Notes: generated by a model not told the origin, from the letters alone. Shown: positions 1 through 10,210, numbered from the stretch's first letter. The stretch: DNA of 64,000 nucleotides from Candidatus Spongiisociaceae bacterium (GCA_965202665.1 OZ241841.1:1888001-1952000); one strand, 5' to 3'. Numbers and translations: made by a program.

Positions 1-1
1 G

Positions 2-88
2 CGGACGGATCGGCCCCGGGGGGAGTTCCACCACACTGACTGGACCGGGAGCGGGGGCGACACCCCGGCCGGTTCCTACCAAGCCTGA
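2..88 (+). CDS. gnd: 3' end of NADP-dependent 6-phosphogluconate dehydrogenase (partial, runs off window)
   Basis: Frame 2 reads RTDRPRGEFHHTDWTGSGGDTPAGSYQA*, resembling the C-terminal tail of long-form Gnd; only 28 aa visible. Confidence 0.65.
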   Translation, partial: RTDRPRGEFHHTDWTGSGGDTPAGSYQA

Positions 89-129
89 CCCGTCGGGCTT
101 GGGTTTCTGACCGTTTTGGCCGCAACCGC

Positions 130-166
130 GCCCGCCGGGAGGCGGGTCTGCCCCTTCCCGGCGGGC
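130..166. terminator. GC-rich hairpin between convergent genes, possible bidirectional terminator
   Basis: gcccgccggga (130-140) is the exact reverse complement of tcccggcgggc (156-166); no clear U tract. Confidence 0.45.
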
Positions 167-193
167 GGCTGTGCGGGCCGTCCTCCTGTCGAT

Positions 194-1009
194 TCAGGAG
201 AGGGAGGCTTCCGTTGCCTTCCTTTCTTGACGGGGGCTTCCCAGTCCCAAGTCCAGGTTGCCTTCCACGTAGGAGATGCGTTGCTCGTAGTGACCCACCT
301 GTTTGTCCAAGATTTCCACCTTGTCCCCTACCGCTTGGATTTCACCGCGCAGTCGGGTTTCGGCGCCCCCGACCGCGCTCTGGACCTCGCCGCGCAACCG
401 GTCTTCCGTGGTTTGGATTTGGCCGCGGACGGTTTCGATTTCGCCGCGGAGTCGGTCCTCGGAGGTTCCGATTTCGCCGCGCAACTGGCCTTCCGTGGTT
501 TGGATTTGGCCGCGGACGGTTTCGATTTCGCCGCGGAGTCGGTCCTCGGAGGTTCCGATTTCGCCGCGCAACTGGCCTTCCGCGGTTTGGATTTCGCCGC
601 GTAACCGGTCTTCCGTGGTTTGGATTTGGCCGCGGACGGTTTCGATTTCGCCGCGGAGTCCGTCTTCGGAGGTTCCGATTTCGCCGCGTAACCGACCTTC
701 CGCGGTTTGGATTTCGCCGCGTAACCGACCTTCCGCGGTTTGGATTTCGCCGCGTAACCGGTCTTCCGTGGTTTGGATTTGGCCGCGGACGGCTTCGATC
801 TGGTCGCGGACGTTTTCGACCTCGCTGCGCAACCGGCCTTCCGAGGCTTCGATCCCGCCGCGCAACCGGCCTTCCATTGCGGCCAAGTCGGCCTTCTGGT
901 TGGCGCTGTGATCGGCGAACAGCTTGTCCATCCTGTGGTTAAGCTGCCAGACCATGCCCAAGGCGATCACGAACAGCGAGACCACCGTGGGGAGGGCGCT
1001 GCTGTCCAT
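194..1009 (-). CDS. Membrane-anchored coiled-coil repeat protein (DUF1640/CCDC90-like)
   Basis: Probable start MDSSALPTVVSLFVIALGMVWQL (hydrophobic anchor) followed by repeated EGRLRGEIQTA/EDRLRGEIETV units; ORF is open upstream to 1114. Confidence 0.7.
   Translation of the reverse strand: MDSSALPTVVSLFVIALGMVWQLNHRMDKLFADHSANQKADLAAMEGRLRGGIEASEGRLRSEVENVRDQIEAVRGQIQTTEDRLRGEIQTAEGRLRGEIQTAEGRLRGEIGTSEDGLRGEIETVRGQIQTTEDRLRGEIQTAEGQLRGEIGTSEDRLRGEIETVRGQIQTTEGQLRGEIGTSEDRLRGEIETVRGQIQTTEDRLRGEVQSAVGGAETRLRGEIQAVGDKVEILDKQVGHYEQRISYVEGNLDLGLGSPRQERKATEASLS
340..880. repeat. Intragenic tandem repeats of 33-bp and 21-bp units
   Basis: Recurrent ttccgtggtttggatttggccgcggacggtttcgatttcgccgcg and related variants. 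Confidence 0.9.
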
Positions 1010-1156
1010 GTCGTTTATTCTACCTTTCTCGTCAGGCCTTTGAATGTCAGATCGGCGACGGGCCTGTTTTCGTCCGCCACTTAACCAATGTATGAATTTT
1101 CCAGGACTTTTCAAGGGGGTTGTTTCGAAAAATTTCGAGGAGCGCGAAGTGCCTGG

Positions 1157-2152
1157 TCAGGCCGGGTTTTGAGGGGTGGGGATCACTTCCAACAGGATGG
1201 TTTCCCCCACGGCGGCGACATGTGTTTCGCCGACGGCGGCCGCTGGGATGAGGGCCGTCCCCCCGGCGGACAGGAACCGGGGAGGGTCGTCCCCGTGCTC
1301 TAGGCGCGCCCGGCCCCGCACGACGGCCAGGATGCGCAGCTCCCCTTCCTCCCCCAACCGGAAAGGTTCATCCCGGCGGCGGCGCTCCCAAACGCGATAG
1401 TCTGGGCAGTCGGCCAGCAGGCGCTCCCCGGCCCCTTCCATCGGTTCCAAGAAAACGCCCCCCGGCGGATCGATTTCCAAAGCCAGGAGGGCCTGTTCGG
1501 TGTGCAGGGGACGGCGGGGGCGGTCGTATTCTTCGGTCCAATCGTAGAGGCGCAGTGTGACGTCGCCCGGGGTTTGCGGTTCGGCCGCCATCACCCCCGC
1601 TCCCAAAGCGTGCACAGTCCCCCCCGGCAGGTGGTGGAAATCCCCGGGCCGGGCCGGGTAGGCCCGCAACAGTTCCACCATGCGCCGGGTTCCGGCGGCG
1701 GCCCGCACTTCCGCAACGGAGACCCCTTCCCGCAACCCCCGGTAGATGACCGCCCCCGGGGCGGCGTCCATTACGTACCAGGATTCGGTTTTACCGGCGA
1801 GGTGCGGATGACGGGCGGCGCAGGCCCGGCTGGGATGAACCTGCACCGACAGCGCCTCCCGGGCGTCCAGAAATTTGAACAGCAGGGGAAAATCGGGGAA
1901 CGAGCCGAGCAGCCGTTCCCCCAGCCGCCCGGCTATTTCAGGCAGGGAGAGCCCATGGTAGGGGCCGCCTTCGGCGACGCTCGGCCCCCTCCCCTCCCCG
2001 GACAGGGGGGATATCTCCCACGACTCGCCGTACCGCCCGTCGTCGGGCGGGGATTTGCCCCAGTCGTCGGCCAAGCGCCCGCCCCCCCAGGGTTTGGGAA
2101 CCAGGATGGGGGCGAAGACGAGCGGCGGGCAGGGGGCGGTCATGGGGTTCAT
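1157..2152 (-). CDS. manA: Class I mannose-6-phosphate isomerase
   Basis: KPWGG, GESWE, LSVQVHP, KTESWY and HALGAG motifs; only the last ~330 aa of the 1039-aa ORF are real. Confidence 0.85.
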   Translation of the reverse strand: MNPMTAPCPPLVFAPILVPKPWGGGRLADDWGKSPPDDGRYGESWEISPLSGEGRGPSVAEGGPYHGLSLPEIAGRLGERLLGSFPDFPLLFKFLDAREALSVQVHPSRACAARHPHLAGKTESWYVMDAAPGAVIYRGLREGVSVAEVRAAAGTRRMVELLRAYPARPGDFHHLPGGTVHALGAGVMAAEPQTPGDVTLRLYDWTEEYDRPRRPLHTEQALLALEIDPPGGVFLEPMEGAGERLLADCPDYRVWERRRRDEPFRLGEEGELRILAVVRGRARLEHGDDPPRFLSAGGTALIPAAAVGETHVAAVGETILLEVIPTPQNPA

Positions 2153-2242
2153 CGTACCGCCGCCTCCCCGAAAAGTTCGGAAAGAGCCCCGGTGCGGTAA
2201 GGTTTGGCGCGCCCCGCCCACCCGACCGGCAAGGAGACGCCC

Positions 2243-4843
2243 ATGACCGACGACCAATCCCACCGGCTTCCCCGCACCGTTGTTCCCCGCCATTACCGCC
2301 TTCGGTTGGAGCCGGATTTGGAACAGGCCGTTTTTGCCGGGTCGGCGGAGGTGACGGTGGAGGTGCGGGAGCGAACCGAACGGCTGCTCCTCAACGCCCT
2401 GGAGTTGGATATCGGCCAGGTCCGGTTGCATCCCTCCGGGGGAGGCGATCCGATTGCGGCGGAAGTGGAATACGATGAGGAGGCGCAACGGGCCGCCTTC
2501 CTCCTCGCCGAACCCGCCCAGCCCGGTCAGTGGCGGCTGACCTGCCGCTTCACCGGCGTCCTCAACGACCAGTTGCGCGGTTTCTACCGCTCCGTTTTCA
2601 CCGACGCCGACGGACGGGAGCAGGCGATCGCCACCACCCAGTTCGAAGCCACCGACGCCCGGCGGGCTTTCCCCTGCTGGGACGAACCGGATTTCAAGGC
2701 CTCGTTCGGGGTGACGCTGGTAGCGCCGGAGGGTTTGACGGCGGTTTCCAACGAGGCGGAGGTCGGGCGCCGTTCGCTGGGGGACGGACGGGTGGAAATT
2801 ACCTTCGCCGACACCATCCCCATGTCCACCTATCTGGCGGCCTTCGCGGTGGGGCCGTTCGCCGCCACCGAGCCGGTGGACGTGGACGGGGTTCCGTTGC
2901 GCGTCATCGCCCCGCAGGGCAAAGAGGGCCTGGCCGAATACGCGTTGCGATGCGGGGAGTTCTGCCTGCGTTACCTGACCGACTACTACGGAATACCCTA
3001 TCCGGGCGGAAAACTGGATTTGGTAGCCATACCCGATTTTGCGTTCGGGGCGATGGAAAACCTGGGGTGCGTGACCTTCCGGGAAACGGCCCTGCTGGCG
3101 GACGAAGGCTCCGCTACCACCGCCGAGCTGATGCGGGTGCTGGACGTGATCGGCCACGAGTTGGCCCACATGTGGTTCGGGGATTTGGTGACCATGGAAT
3201 GGTGGGACGGGATCTGGCTCAACGAGGCTTTCGCCACGTTCATGGAGATGAAAGCCACCGACGCCATGCGTCCCGACTGGAACCGGTGGCTGGAGTTCGC
3301 CGCCGCCGAACGGCCCTGGGCGCTGAAAGTGGACGATCTGGCCGGCTCCCGGCCGGTGGAGTTCGAGGTGCGGATGCCGGAGGAGGCGCACGCCATGTTC
3401 GACGCCATCACCTACGGGAAAGGTTCGGCGGTGCTGTGGATGATGGAACAGTTCATCGGCGAAGACGTCTTCCGGGAGGGAGTGGGGGAATATCTGCGGG
3501 CCCACGCCTACGGCAACACCCGCACCGCCCATTTGTGGGAGGCCCTGAACGGGGCCTACGCCCGGCGGGAGGGAACCTCCGGCCCGGCGGGGGAACATTC
3601 GGTGGGGGAAATTATGGACGATTGGATTCTGCAGGCGGGGCTCCCCCGGCTGGAGGCGGCGGCCGACGGGAGACGGCTGTCCATCACCGTCGACCGCCAT
3701 CTGCTGATCCCCGACGGCGAAGACCGAACCCGTTGGAAGGTTCCGGTGCAAGCGCGGGGACGGGCGGGGGGCGCCCCTTTTGCGATCAAGACGCTGATAG
3801 CGGGGGATTCGGCGGAGCTGGTTTTGGACGGGCCGGTGGAATGGGCCTGCCTGAACGCCGGGGGATGCGGCTTCTACCGGGTGCGTTACGACCGGGCTTT
3901 GGCGGAGGCCCTGGTGGACCGTTTGGACGAGCTGAGCCCGGTGGAACGTTTTACTTTGGCGGACGACGCTTGGGCGCTGGTCGAATCGGGTCATGCGGGG
4001 GCGGTCTCTTTTCTGGAGCTGGCCGGGGCTTTCCGGGAGGAGGCCGAACCGGCGGTGTGGGGGGCGGTGCTGGGCGGGGCGGGACTGGCGGGGCATCATC
4101 TGGCGGCCAGCCCGGTGCGGGGGGCGTTTGAAAGGTGGGCGGACGAGTTGCTGGAGCCCTTGGCGGAGCGGCTGGGGTGGGAGCCGTCCGCCGGGGAAAC
4201 CGACAACGTGCGCCGTCTGCGGGGGCGGGTGATCGGCGCCCGGGGGCGGCTGGCCAACCATCCCCCCACAGTGCAACGGGCCCGGGAAATATGCGAGCGG
4301 TGGACGGAACGCCCGGAGGAGACGGACCCGGAAACGGCGGCCGCCTGCCTAATGGTGACCGCCGCCCACGGCGGCCCCGCCGACTACGAGATTTTCCTGG
4401 AACGGCATTTGCAGGCGGCGGACCCGCAGTTGGAGCACAAATACCTGCGGGCTTTGACCGCCTTCGACGACCCGGAGGCGGTCGACCGCACCTACCAGCT
4501 GATAAGTGAGGGGACGGTGCGCAGCCAGGACGCCACCTGGGTGCTGGGGGCCCTGTTCGCCAACCTCCGTTCCGGGGCCCATGCCTGGGAGCGGTTCACC
4601 GCCGCCTGGCCGGGCATGGCCGATTCGGTTCCCCCGATGACCCATTCCCGTATGCTGTCCGGCCTGACCTACCTGTCCCAACCGGGGATGGCGGAGCGGG
4701 TGAACGACTTTTTCGCCGAGCATCCGTTGCCGCACGCCGTCGCCTCCCTGGCCCAGAATTTGGAGCGGCTGTCGGCCATGACGGCCATGCGGGAGCGGGA
4801 AACGGCGGCGGTGGCCGCATATCTGACCGGGGGGCCCGCTTAG
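2243..4843 (+). CDS. pepN: M1 family aminopeptidase N with ERAP1-like C-terminal domain
   Basis: GAMEN, HELAH-x18-E, ITYGKG; AAGGAG RBS before ATG 2243. Confidence 0.93.
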   Translation: MTDDQSHRLPRTVVPRHYRLRLEPDLEQAVFAGSAEVTVEVRERTERLLLNALELDIGQVRLHPSGGGDPIAAEVEYDEEAQRAAFLLAEPAQPGQWRLTCRFTGVLNDQLRGFYRSVFTDADGREQAIATTQFEATDARRAFPCWDEPDFKASFGVTLVAPEGLTAVSNEAEVGRRSLGDGRVEITFADTIPMSTYLAAFAVGPFAATEPVDVDGVPLRVIAPQGKEGLAEYALRCGEFCLRYLTDYYGIPYPGGKLDLVAIPDFAFGAMENLGCVTFRETALLADEGSATTAELMRVLDVIGHELAHMWFGDLVTMEWWDGIWLNEAFATFMEMKATDAMRPDWNRWLEFAAAERPWALKVDDLAGSRPVEFEVRMPEEAHAMFDAITYGKGSAVLWMMEQFIGEDVFREGVGEYLRAHAYGNTRTAHLWEALNGAYARREGTSGPAGEHSVGEIMDDWILQAGLPRLEAAADGRRLSITVDRHLLIPDGEDRTRWKVPVQARGRAGGAPFAIKTLIAGDSAELVLDGPVEWACLNAGGCGFYRVRYDRALAEALVDRLDELSPVERFTLADDAWALVESGHAGAVSFLELAGAFREEAEPAVWGAVLGGAGLAGHHLAASPVRGAFERWADELLEPLAERLGWEPSAGETDNVRRLRGRVIGARGRLANHPPTVQRAREICERWTERPEETDPETAAACLMVTAAHGGPADYEIFLERHLQAADPQLEHKYLRALTAFDDPEAVDRTYQLISEGTVRSQDATWVLGALFANLRSGAHAWERFTAAWPGMADSVPPMTHSRMLSGLTYLSQPGMAERVNDFFAEHPLPHAVASLAQNLERLSAMTAMRERETAAVAAYLTGGPA

Positions 4844-4902
4844 CCCGGCGGGGGTCGTACAATGGGTAGACCGGTCGTATTCGGTAATCAGGAGGTGACG
4901 GA

Positions 4903-5538
4903 TTGGATATTTCGTTTTGGGTAGATCCCCTGTGCCCGTGGTGCTGGGTGACCCACCGCTGGGTGGCGGACGACGTGGCCCGGCGGAGGGAACTGAACAT
5001 CAACTGGGAGCCGATCAGCCTGTTCTGGAAGAACAACCCGGAGCCGGGCAGCGACTATCACACGGACTCCTGGCGCACCCACCGCCTGTTGCGGGTGATG
5101 GAATCGGTGCGCTCCGAGGCCGGCAACCGGGGGTTTTTCCGCGCCTACCGGGCGTTGGGGACCAAAACCCAGCATGAACGGGACATGGAATTCGACCCGG
5201 CCCCGGTGTTGGAGGCGGCGGGGCTGGATCCGGCCCACGGCGCCGCCTACGAAGACGAAAAATGGGACGAGGGGATCCGCCGCCGGATGGACGCCGGAAT
5301 GGAACTGGTGGGGGAGGACGTGGGCACCCCCATCATCGCTTTGGACGACGCCGCCGGAAAACGGGTGGGTATTTTCGGTCCGGTGATCACCCGCATCCCG
5401 CAGGGGGAGGATTCGCTGCGGTTGTGGGATGCGGTGACCATGGCGGCGGCCGTCCCCGGCTTCTGGGAGTTGAAACGCACCCGCTTCGAACCGCCCGATT
5501 TGGGGGAGCCTCCGCCGCCGGCAGAGTTGCGGGAATGA
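4903..5538 (+). CDS. DsbA-like thioredoxin-fold protein (Rv2466c-like mycothiol-dependent reductase family)
   Basis: DPLCPWCW motif, VGTP, FGPVI, FWELKRTR; GGAGG RBS; next to pepN as in other actinobacteria. Confidence 0.85.
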   Translation: MDISFWVDPLCPWCWVTHRWVADDVARRRELNINWEPISLFWKNNPEPGSDYHTDSWRTHRLLRVMESVRSEAGNRGFFRAYRALGTKTQHERDMEFDPAPVLEAAGLDPAHGAAYEDEKWDEGIRRRMDAGMELVGEDVGTPIIALDDAAGKRVGIFGPVITRIPQGEDSLRLWDAVTMAAAVPGFWELKRTRFEPPDLGEPPPPAELRE

Positions 5539-6397
5539 CGGACGCGGGCGGGTCCGACGATCCCGTCTTGTACGAGGAGCGGGAGGGCGTTGCCTTCATA
5601 ACCCTGAACCGGCCCGCCCGCAAAAACGCTTTCACCGAGCAGATGGTGCGGGGGGGTGGCCGAGGCGGTGCGGGCGGCCACCGCCTCGCCGGAGGTGTCG
5701 GCGGCGGTGCTGCGCGGCGCGGGCGGCGTCCTGTCCTCCGGCTACGACCTGGGGGTTTTCGCCGGGGAGGGGGAGGGGGAATGGTCATCCCCGTACGGGG
5801 CGCAGTCCCCGCCGTTGCGGGAGGGGGCGTGGGATCCGGTGGCCGACTACCAGTTTATGAGTAGCAACGTGCGGCGGTTTATGACGATTTGGGAATGCCC
5901 CAAGCCGGTGCTGGGGGAAATCACCGGATGGGCGGTGGGGGCGGATTTTCGGCTTGCCCACCACCATGCTGTGGGCCTACCGGCTCGGTTTGGAGCACGC
6001 CAAACAGTTTTTGCTAACCGGGCGGGCCATCGACGCCGCCACCGCCCACAGGATCGGGCTGGTGTCGCAGGTGTTCCCCCCTGGGGAAATCTCGGCGGCG
6101 GTGGAAGAGGAGGCCCGGCGTTTCCGCCGCATCCCCGCCAACCAGCTGGCCCTCAACAAACTGCTCATCAACCAGGCGTTTGAAAATATGGGTTTGCGCA
6201 CTTCGCAGATGCTGGGAACCTTCTTCGACGGGATGGCCCGGCACACCGAAGAGGCCTATCGTTGGGTAGAGTCGATGGGGAGCAAAGGCTTCCGACAAGC
6301 CGTCCGGGACCGGGACCTGCCCTGGGGGGATTACGGGGCGGCGCCCGCCCCCACCGCCGGAGACGGGGGAGCCAAATTCCGAACAGAGGAGACCTAA
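5535..6397 (+). pseudogene. Crotonase/enoyl-CoA hydratase, split over three frames
   Basis: ITLNRPARKNA (frame 1), LRGAGGVLSSGYDL..PKPVLGEITGWAVG (frame 2), RIFGLPTTMLWAYRLG..AHRIGLVSQV (frame 3); frameshift at G7 5650-5656 and apparent deletion near 5940. Confidence 0.8.
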
Positions 6398-7183
6398 ATG
6401 CCCAAACCGGTTCGCATCGCCGTCCAACTGCAGCCTCAGCACGCCGACTTCCGGGACATCCGGGCGGCGGCGCTCCGGGCCGAAGAGCTGGGGGCGGACA
6501 TCCTCTACGTGTGGGATCACTTCTATCCGCTGTTCGGGGATGCGGACGGCAAGCATTTTGAGTGCTGGACGATGCTGTCCTCGTTGGCGGAGGCCACCCA
6601 ACGGATGGAGGTGGGGGTTTTGGTCACCTGCTTTTCCTACCGCAACCCGAACCTGCTGGCCGACATGGCCCGCACCGTGGACCACATTTCCGAGGGGAGG
6701 CTGATTCTCGGTTTGGGTTCGGGCTGGTTCGAGAGGGACTACGCGGAATACGGCTACGAGTTTGGAACCAGAGGGGGGCGGTTGCGGGCTTTGGACGCCG
6801 GACTGGACGTCATCAAGGCCCGGTGGGAGCGGCTCAACCCGCCCCCCACCCGGCGCATACCGATTCTCATCGGGGGCGGAGGGGAGAAAATGACTTTGCC
6901 CATCACCGCCCGCCACGCCGATATTTGGCACAGTTTCGGGGAGCCGGAGGTGTTTCAACACAAGAGCGGGGTGCTGGACCGGGCCTGCCGGGAGGCGGGC
7001 CGCGACCCGGCGGAAATTGAACGTTCCATTACGGTGGGGGAAGACGGGTTCGCCGCGGCTGAGCGGTTGCTGGAGTTGGGGGCTTCGCAGTTCGTGTTGC
7101 ATTTCAACGGCCCCGCATACGACATGGCCTGCCTGGGCGACTGGGCCGCCTGGCGGGACGACCGCAACGGGCGCCCCGCTTGA
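6398..7183 (+). CDS. LLM-class F420-dependent oxidoreductase
   Basis: WDHFYPL, YRNPNLLADMARTVDHIS, LGLGSGW, ILIGGGGEK. Confidence 0.9.
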   Translation: MPKPVRIAVQLQPQHADFRDIRAAALRAEELGADILYVWDHFYPLFGDADGKHFECWTMLSSLAEATQRMEVGVLVTCFSYRNPNLLADMARTVDHISEGRLILGLGSGWFERDYAEYGYEFGTRGGRLRALDAGLDVIKARWERLNPPPTRRIPILIGGGGEKMTLPITARHADIWHSFGEPEVFQHKSGVLDRACREAGRDPAEIERSITVGEDGFAAAERLLELGASQFVLHFNGPAYDMACLGDWAAWRDDRNGRPA

Positions 7184-7213
7184 ACCCGTCCCGGGCGGGT
7201 TAGCCCTTTTATC

Positions 7214-8179
7214 GTGTCCTTTTTAAATTTGATGTTGATTGGGGCGGGCATCGCCCTGCTGTGGATGGCGGCGGATCATTTTGTGGTGGCGGCCACCCGT
7301 CTGGCCCGCATCTGGCGGGCCTCGCCGGTGCTGATCGGGGCGCTGGTGGTCGGTTTCGGGACTTCCGCCCCCGAGTTGACGGTGAGCGCGGTGGCGGCTT
7401 TGCGGGGGGAGTTGGCCGAGTCGGTGGGAAACGTGGTGGGCTCCAACGCCGCCAACCTGTCGCTGGTACTGGGGATGAGCGCCGTGCTGGCCCCGGTGGT
7501 CAGCCAGGCCCGGCTGATCCGCCGGGAAGGTTTGGCGACGCTGTTGGCGATGGCCGTTTTGACCTGGGCGGTGTGGGACGATTTTTTGGGACGGACGGAG
7601 GGATGGCTGTTGCTGGCGGGGATGGCGGCGGCCATTATTTTGCTGTTCTTGTGGTCGGGCCGCGACTTCCGGGCCGGGATCACCCCGTCCGCCGCGGAAG
7701 GCCCGGGCGAAGACGAGGCGGGGGGCCGGCTGGGCGGGGAACTGTTTCGGGCGGTCTGGTCGCTGGGGGGGATAGTCGCCGGTTCCTGGTTGCTGGTGGA
7801 AGGCGGGGATCGCACCGCGCAGGCCCTGGGTTTGACCGGCGGGTTCGTGGGGGCCACCATTTTCGCCCTGGGCACCAGCCTGCCCGAGTTGGCCACCACT
7901 TTGGCCGCCGCCCGCCGCCGGGCCAACGCGCTGGTGCTGGGGAACCTGCTGGGTTCCAACCTGTTCAACTCCTTGCTGGTGATGGGAGCGGCGGGGGTGA
8001 TCGGCCCGGGGGCGATCGGCGAACGCCGCTTGGGGGAGTATGCGGTGATGATGGCCATCGGCGGGCTGGTGATAGGTTTGGGCGTCCTCCGCCCCCGCCT
8101 GGGCCGACCCGAAGGCGCCGCCCTGCTGGCCTCCTTCGCAATTTTCATAGCAGTAGTAGCCCAAAACGCCACCGTCTAA
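7214..8179 (+). CDS. Calcium/sodium antiporter (YrbG/CaCA family)
   Basis: Two alpha repeats GTSAPE..GNVVGSN and GTSLPE..GNLLGSN; hydrophobic throughout. Confidence 0.9.
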   Translation: MSFLNLMLIGAGIALLWMAADHFVVAATRLARIWRASPVLIGALVVGFGTSAPELTVSAVAALRGELAESVGNVVGSNAANLSLVLGMSAVLAPVVSQARLIRREGLATLLAMAVLTWAVWDDFLGRTEGWLLLAGMAAAIILLFLWSGRDFRAGITPSAAEGPGEDEAGGRLGGELFRAVWSLGGIVAGSWLLVEGGDRTAQALGLTGGFVGATIFALGTSLPELATTLAAARRRANALVLGNLLGSNLFNSLLVMGAAGVIGPGAIGERRLGEYAVMMAIGGLVIGLGVLRPRLGRPEGAALLASFAIFIAVVAQNATV

Positions 8180-8284
8180 AGCGCACCAAAGACCCTAAAG
8201 CTCGAACAAGCCGGGGATAGATGGTATATTTCTCGGTATGTTTTCTAAAGATTTTTCCATAAATTAGGAGGAAGGGGAGCGGAT

Positions 8285-9346
8285 TTGAGGGAAACCGCCA
8301 CTTTGGGCGAGGCTTTGTCGACCGCCCGGACGGCTGCCGGGTTGACGCAGGAGCAGTTGGCGAAGCAGGCGGAGGTTACGCAGGCGGCTTTGTCGCGTTA
8401 TGAGAATGACCAACGCCAGCCGGATACTGAAACTTTGGAAAGATTGGCGGGGGCGTTGGGGGTGACCGGCGGGTTGTTGGAGCGGGCGGCTCGGGTGAGG
8501 GGCGGGTTGGCTTTGGACGCCCATGCGCGGCGGCGGGCCTCGGCCCCGGTGCGGGCGTGGAAAAGCGCGGAGGCGCGGCTTAACATCTTGCGCATTCAGA
8601 TGCACCGATTGCTGGCCATGATCGACTTGGAAATACCCAACGCGCTCTTGGGGCTGGATCCGCTGGACCACGCGCCGGACGCGGCCGCCCGGCTGACGCG
8701 GGCGCAGTGGGGGATGGCGATGGGGCCGGTGCGGGGGGTAACCGGTTGGATGGAGTCGGCGGGATGCGTTGTTTTGGAATGGGATTTCCGCACTCCCCGC
8801 ATAGACGCCGTATCCCAATGGGTGGACGAGTATCCGGTGGTGATGATCAACTCGCTTCTGCCCACCGACCGCAAGCGGCTCACCCTGGCCCACGAGTTGG
8901 GTCACTTGGTGATTCATGGGGATCCGGTTCATTTGTCTTCCGAAGTGGAACAGGAGGCGATGGATTACGCGGCCGAGTTTCTGATGCCCGCCCATGTGAT
9001 ACGCCCCGACCTGCGCAATCTGTCGCTGGGGAAGATCAGCGATTTGAAACGTTATTGGATGGTTTCCATGGCCGCCCTGGTGGAACGGGCCCATAGCCTG
9101 CGGACCATTACCGACGCTAGACGCATCTCCCTCTACAAGGCGTTGAGCGCCCGGGGGTGGCGCAAGCGGGAACCGCTCAGCGAGCAACTTCCCCCCGAGC
9201 AATCCTCCATCCCCGCCCTGATCGTCCAAGAGTTGTACAAGCTCCGTTACACCGCCGAGGAGATCGCCGACTTCGGCGGGTTCGCCGATGCGGAACGGGC
9301 GGCGCGGGTTCTGCCCCTGCAACGGGGGTTGCGGGTAATCCGGTAA
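8285..9346 (+). CDS. XRE HTH plus ImmA/IrrE-family metallopeptidase fusion
   Basis: N-terminal LTQEQLAKQAEVTQAALSRYEN HTH; RLTLAHELGHL and EQEAMDYAAEFLMP. Confidence 0.9.
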   Translation: MRETATLGEALSTARTAAGLTQEQLAKQAEVTQAALSRYENDQRQPDTETLERLAGALGVTGGLLERAARVRGGLALDAHARRRASAPVRAWKSAEARLNILRIQMHRLLAMIDLEIPNALLGLDPLDHAPDAAARLTRAQWGMAMGPVRGVTGWMESAGCVVLEWDFRTPRIDAVSQWVDEYPVVMINSLLPTDRKRLTLAHELGHLVIHGDPVHLSSEVEQEAMDYAAEFLMPAHVIRPDLRNLSLGKISDLKRYWMVSMAALVERAHSLRTITDARRISLYKALSARGWRKREPLSEQLPPEQSSIPALIVQELYKLRYTAEEIADFGGFADAERAARVLPLQRGLRVIR

Positions 9347-9379
9347 ATCCGGCGCGGCGCCGGTTATGATACGGGGGCT

Positions 9380-10210
9380 ATGTTGCGCAGCCTTCTGTAC
9401 GTCCCCGCCGACCAACCGCAGATGCTGGCCAAAGCCGGCGAGCGGGGGGCCGACCTGGTGTTGATCGATTTGGAGGGTCCGGCGGCGGACAAGCAGGAAG
9501 CCCGCCGTCAGGCGGTGGCCGCCATCATCAAGTTGAAAGGGCAGGGGGCGGCGGTGGGCGTGCGGGTCAACAGCCAGCCCGGCGAGCTGGAGGACGACCT
9601 GTCCGCCTTGGCCACCTTGGAGTATTTGGAGGGGGCGGGGGTGGGGCTGGACATCGCCTGCGTACCCCAAGCCAACCTGGCGGCCATCGAGCATATGGGA
9701 GGGGCCCTGGCGGAGACGGGTTTGGCGGCCCTCATCGAAACCGGCCGGGGGTTGCTGGACGCCCCCATCCTGGCCGCCCATCCGCGGGTGGTCAGGCTGG
9801 CCATCGGGGAAGCCCACTTGACGGCCGATCTGGGAATGTCCGACCCGGAGGAGAACGACTGGTCCCCGGCCCGTTCCCAGTTGGTTTGGGCGTCGGCGGC
9901 GGCGGGCCTCCCCGGGCCGATCGGCCCCGCCTACCCCGACATCGCCGATCTGGAAGGGCTGGCCCGCTCCACCGCCCGGCTGGCCGCCCAGGGTTTTACG
10001 GGCCGGGCCGCCGTTCATCCCTCCCAGGTGCCGGTCATCAACCGGGTTTTCACCCCCACCGCCGACCAACTGGCGGCCGCCCGCCGCTTGGTGGAGGATT
10101 ACGATTCGGCGGCGGAGGACGGCCGGGGGGTGGTCACCGATGAACAGGGGAGAATCGTAAACCTGGCGGTGGTGCGCCGCTGGCGCCGCCTGCTCTCCGG
10201 GTCCGAATAA
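9380..10210 (+). CDS. CitE-like CoA-ester lyase (HpcH/HpaI aldolase/citrate lyase family)
   Basis: RSLLYVPA, IDLE, VRVN, ALIETGRG, AVHPSQVPVINRVFTP. Confidence 0.85.
   Translation: MLRSLLYVPADQPQMLAKAGERGADLVLIDLEGPAADKQEARRQAVAAIIKLKGQGAAVGVRVNSQPGELEDDLSALATLEYLEGAGVGLDIACVPQANLAAIEHMGGALAETGLAALIETGRGLLDAPILAAHPRVVRLAIGEAHLTADLGMSDPEENDWSPARSQLVWASAAAGLPGPIGPAYPDIADLEGLARSTARLAAQGFTGRAAVHPSQVPVINRVFTPTADQLAAARRLVEDYDSAAEDGRGVVTDEQGRIVNLAVVRRWRRLLSGSE

Noticed and set aside
340-880. Repeat region as CRISPR or as several overlapping plus-strand genes
   Set aside because: Unit lengths are multiples of 3 with no unique spacers; plus-strand ORFs are shadows of the coiled-coil gene
2153-4276. 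N-terminal ~700 aa of the 1039-aa minus-strand ORF
   Set aside because: Antisense shadow of pepN in high-GC DNA; only the manA part has recognisable motifs
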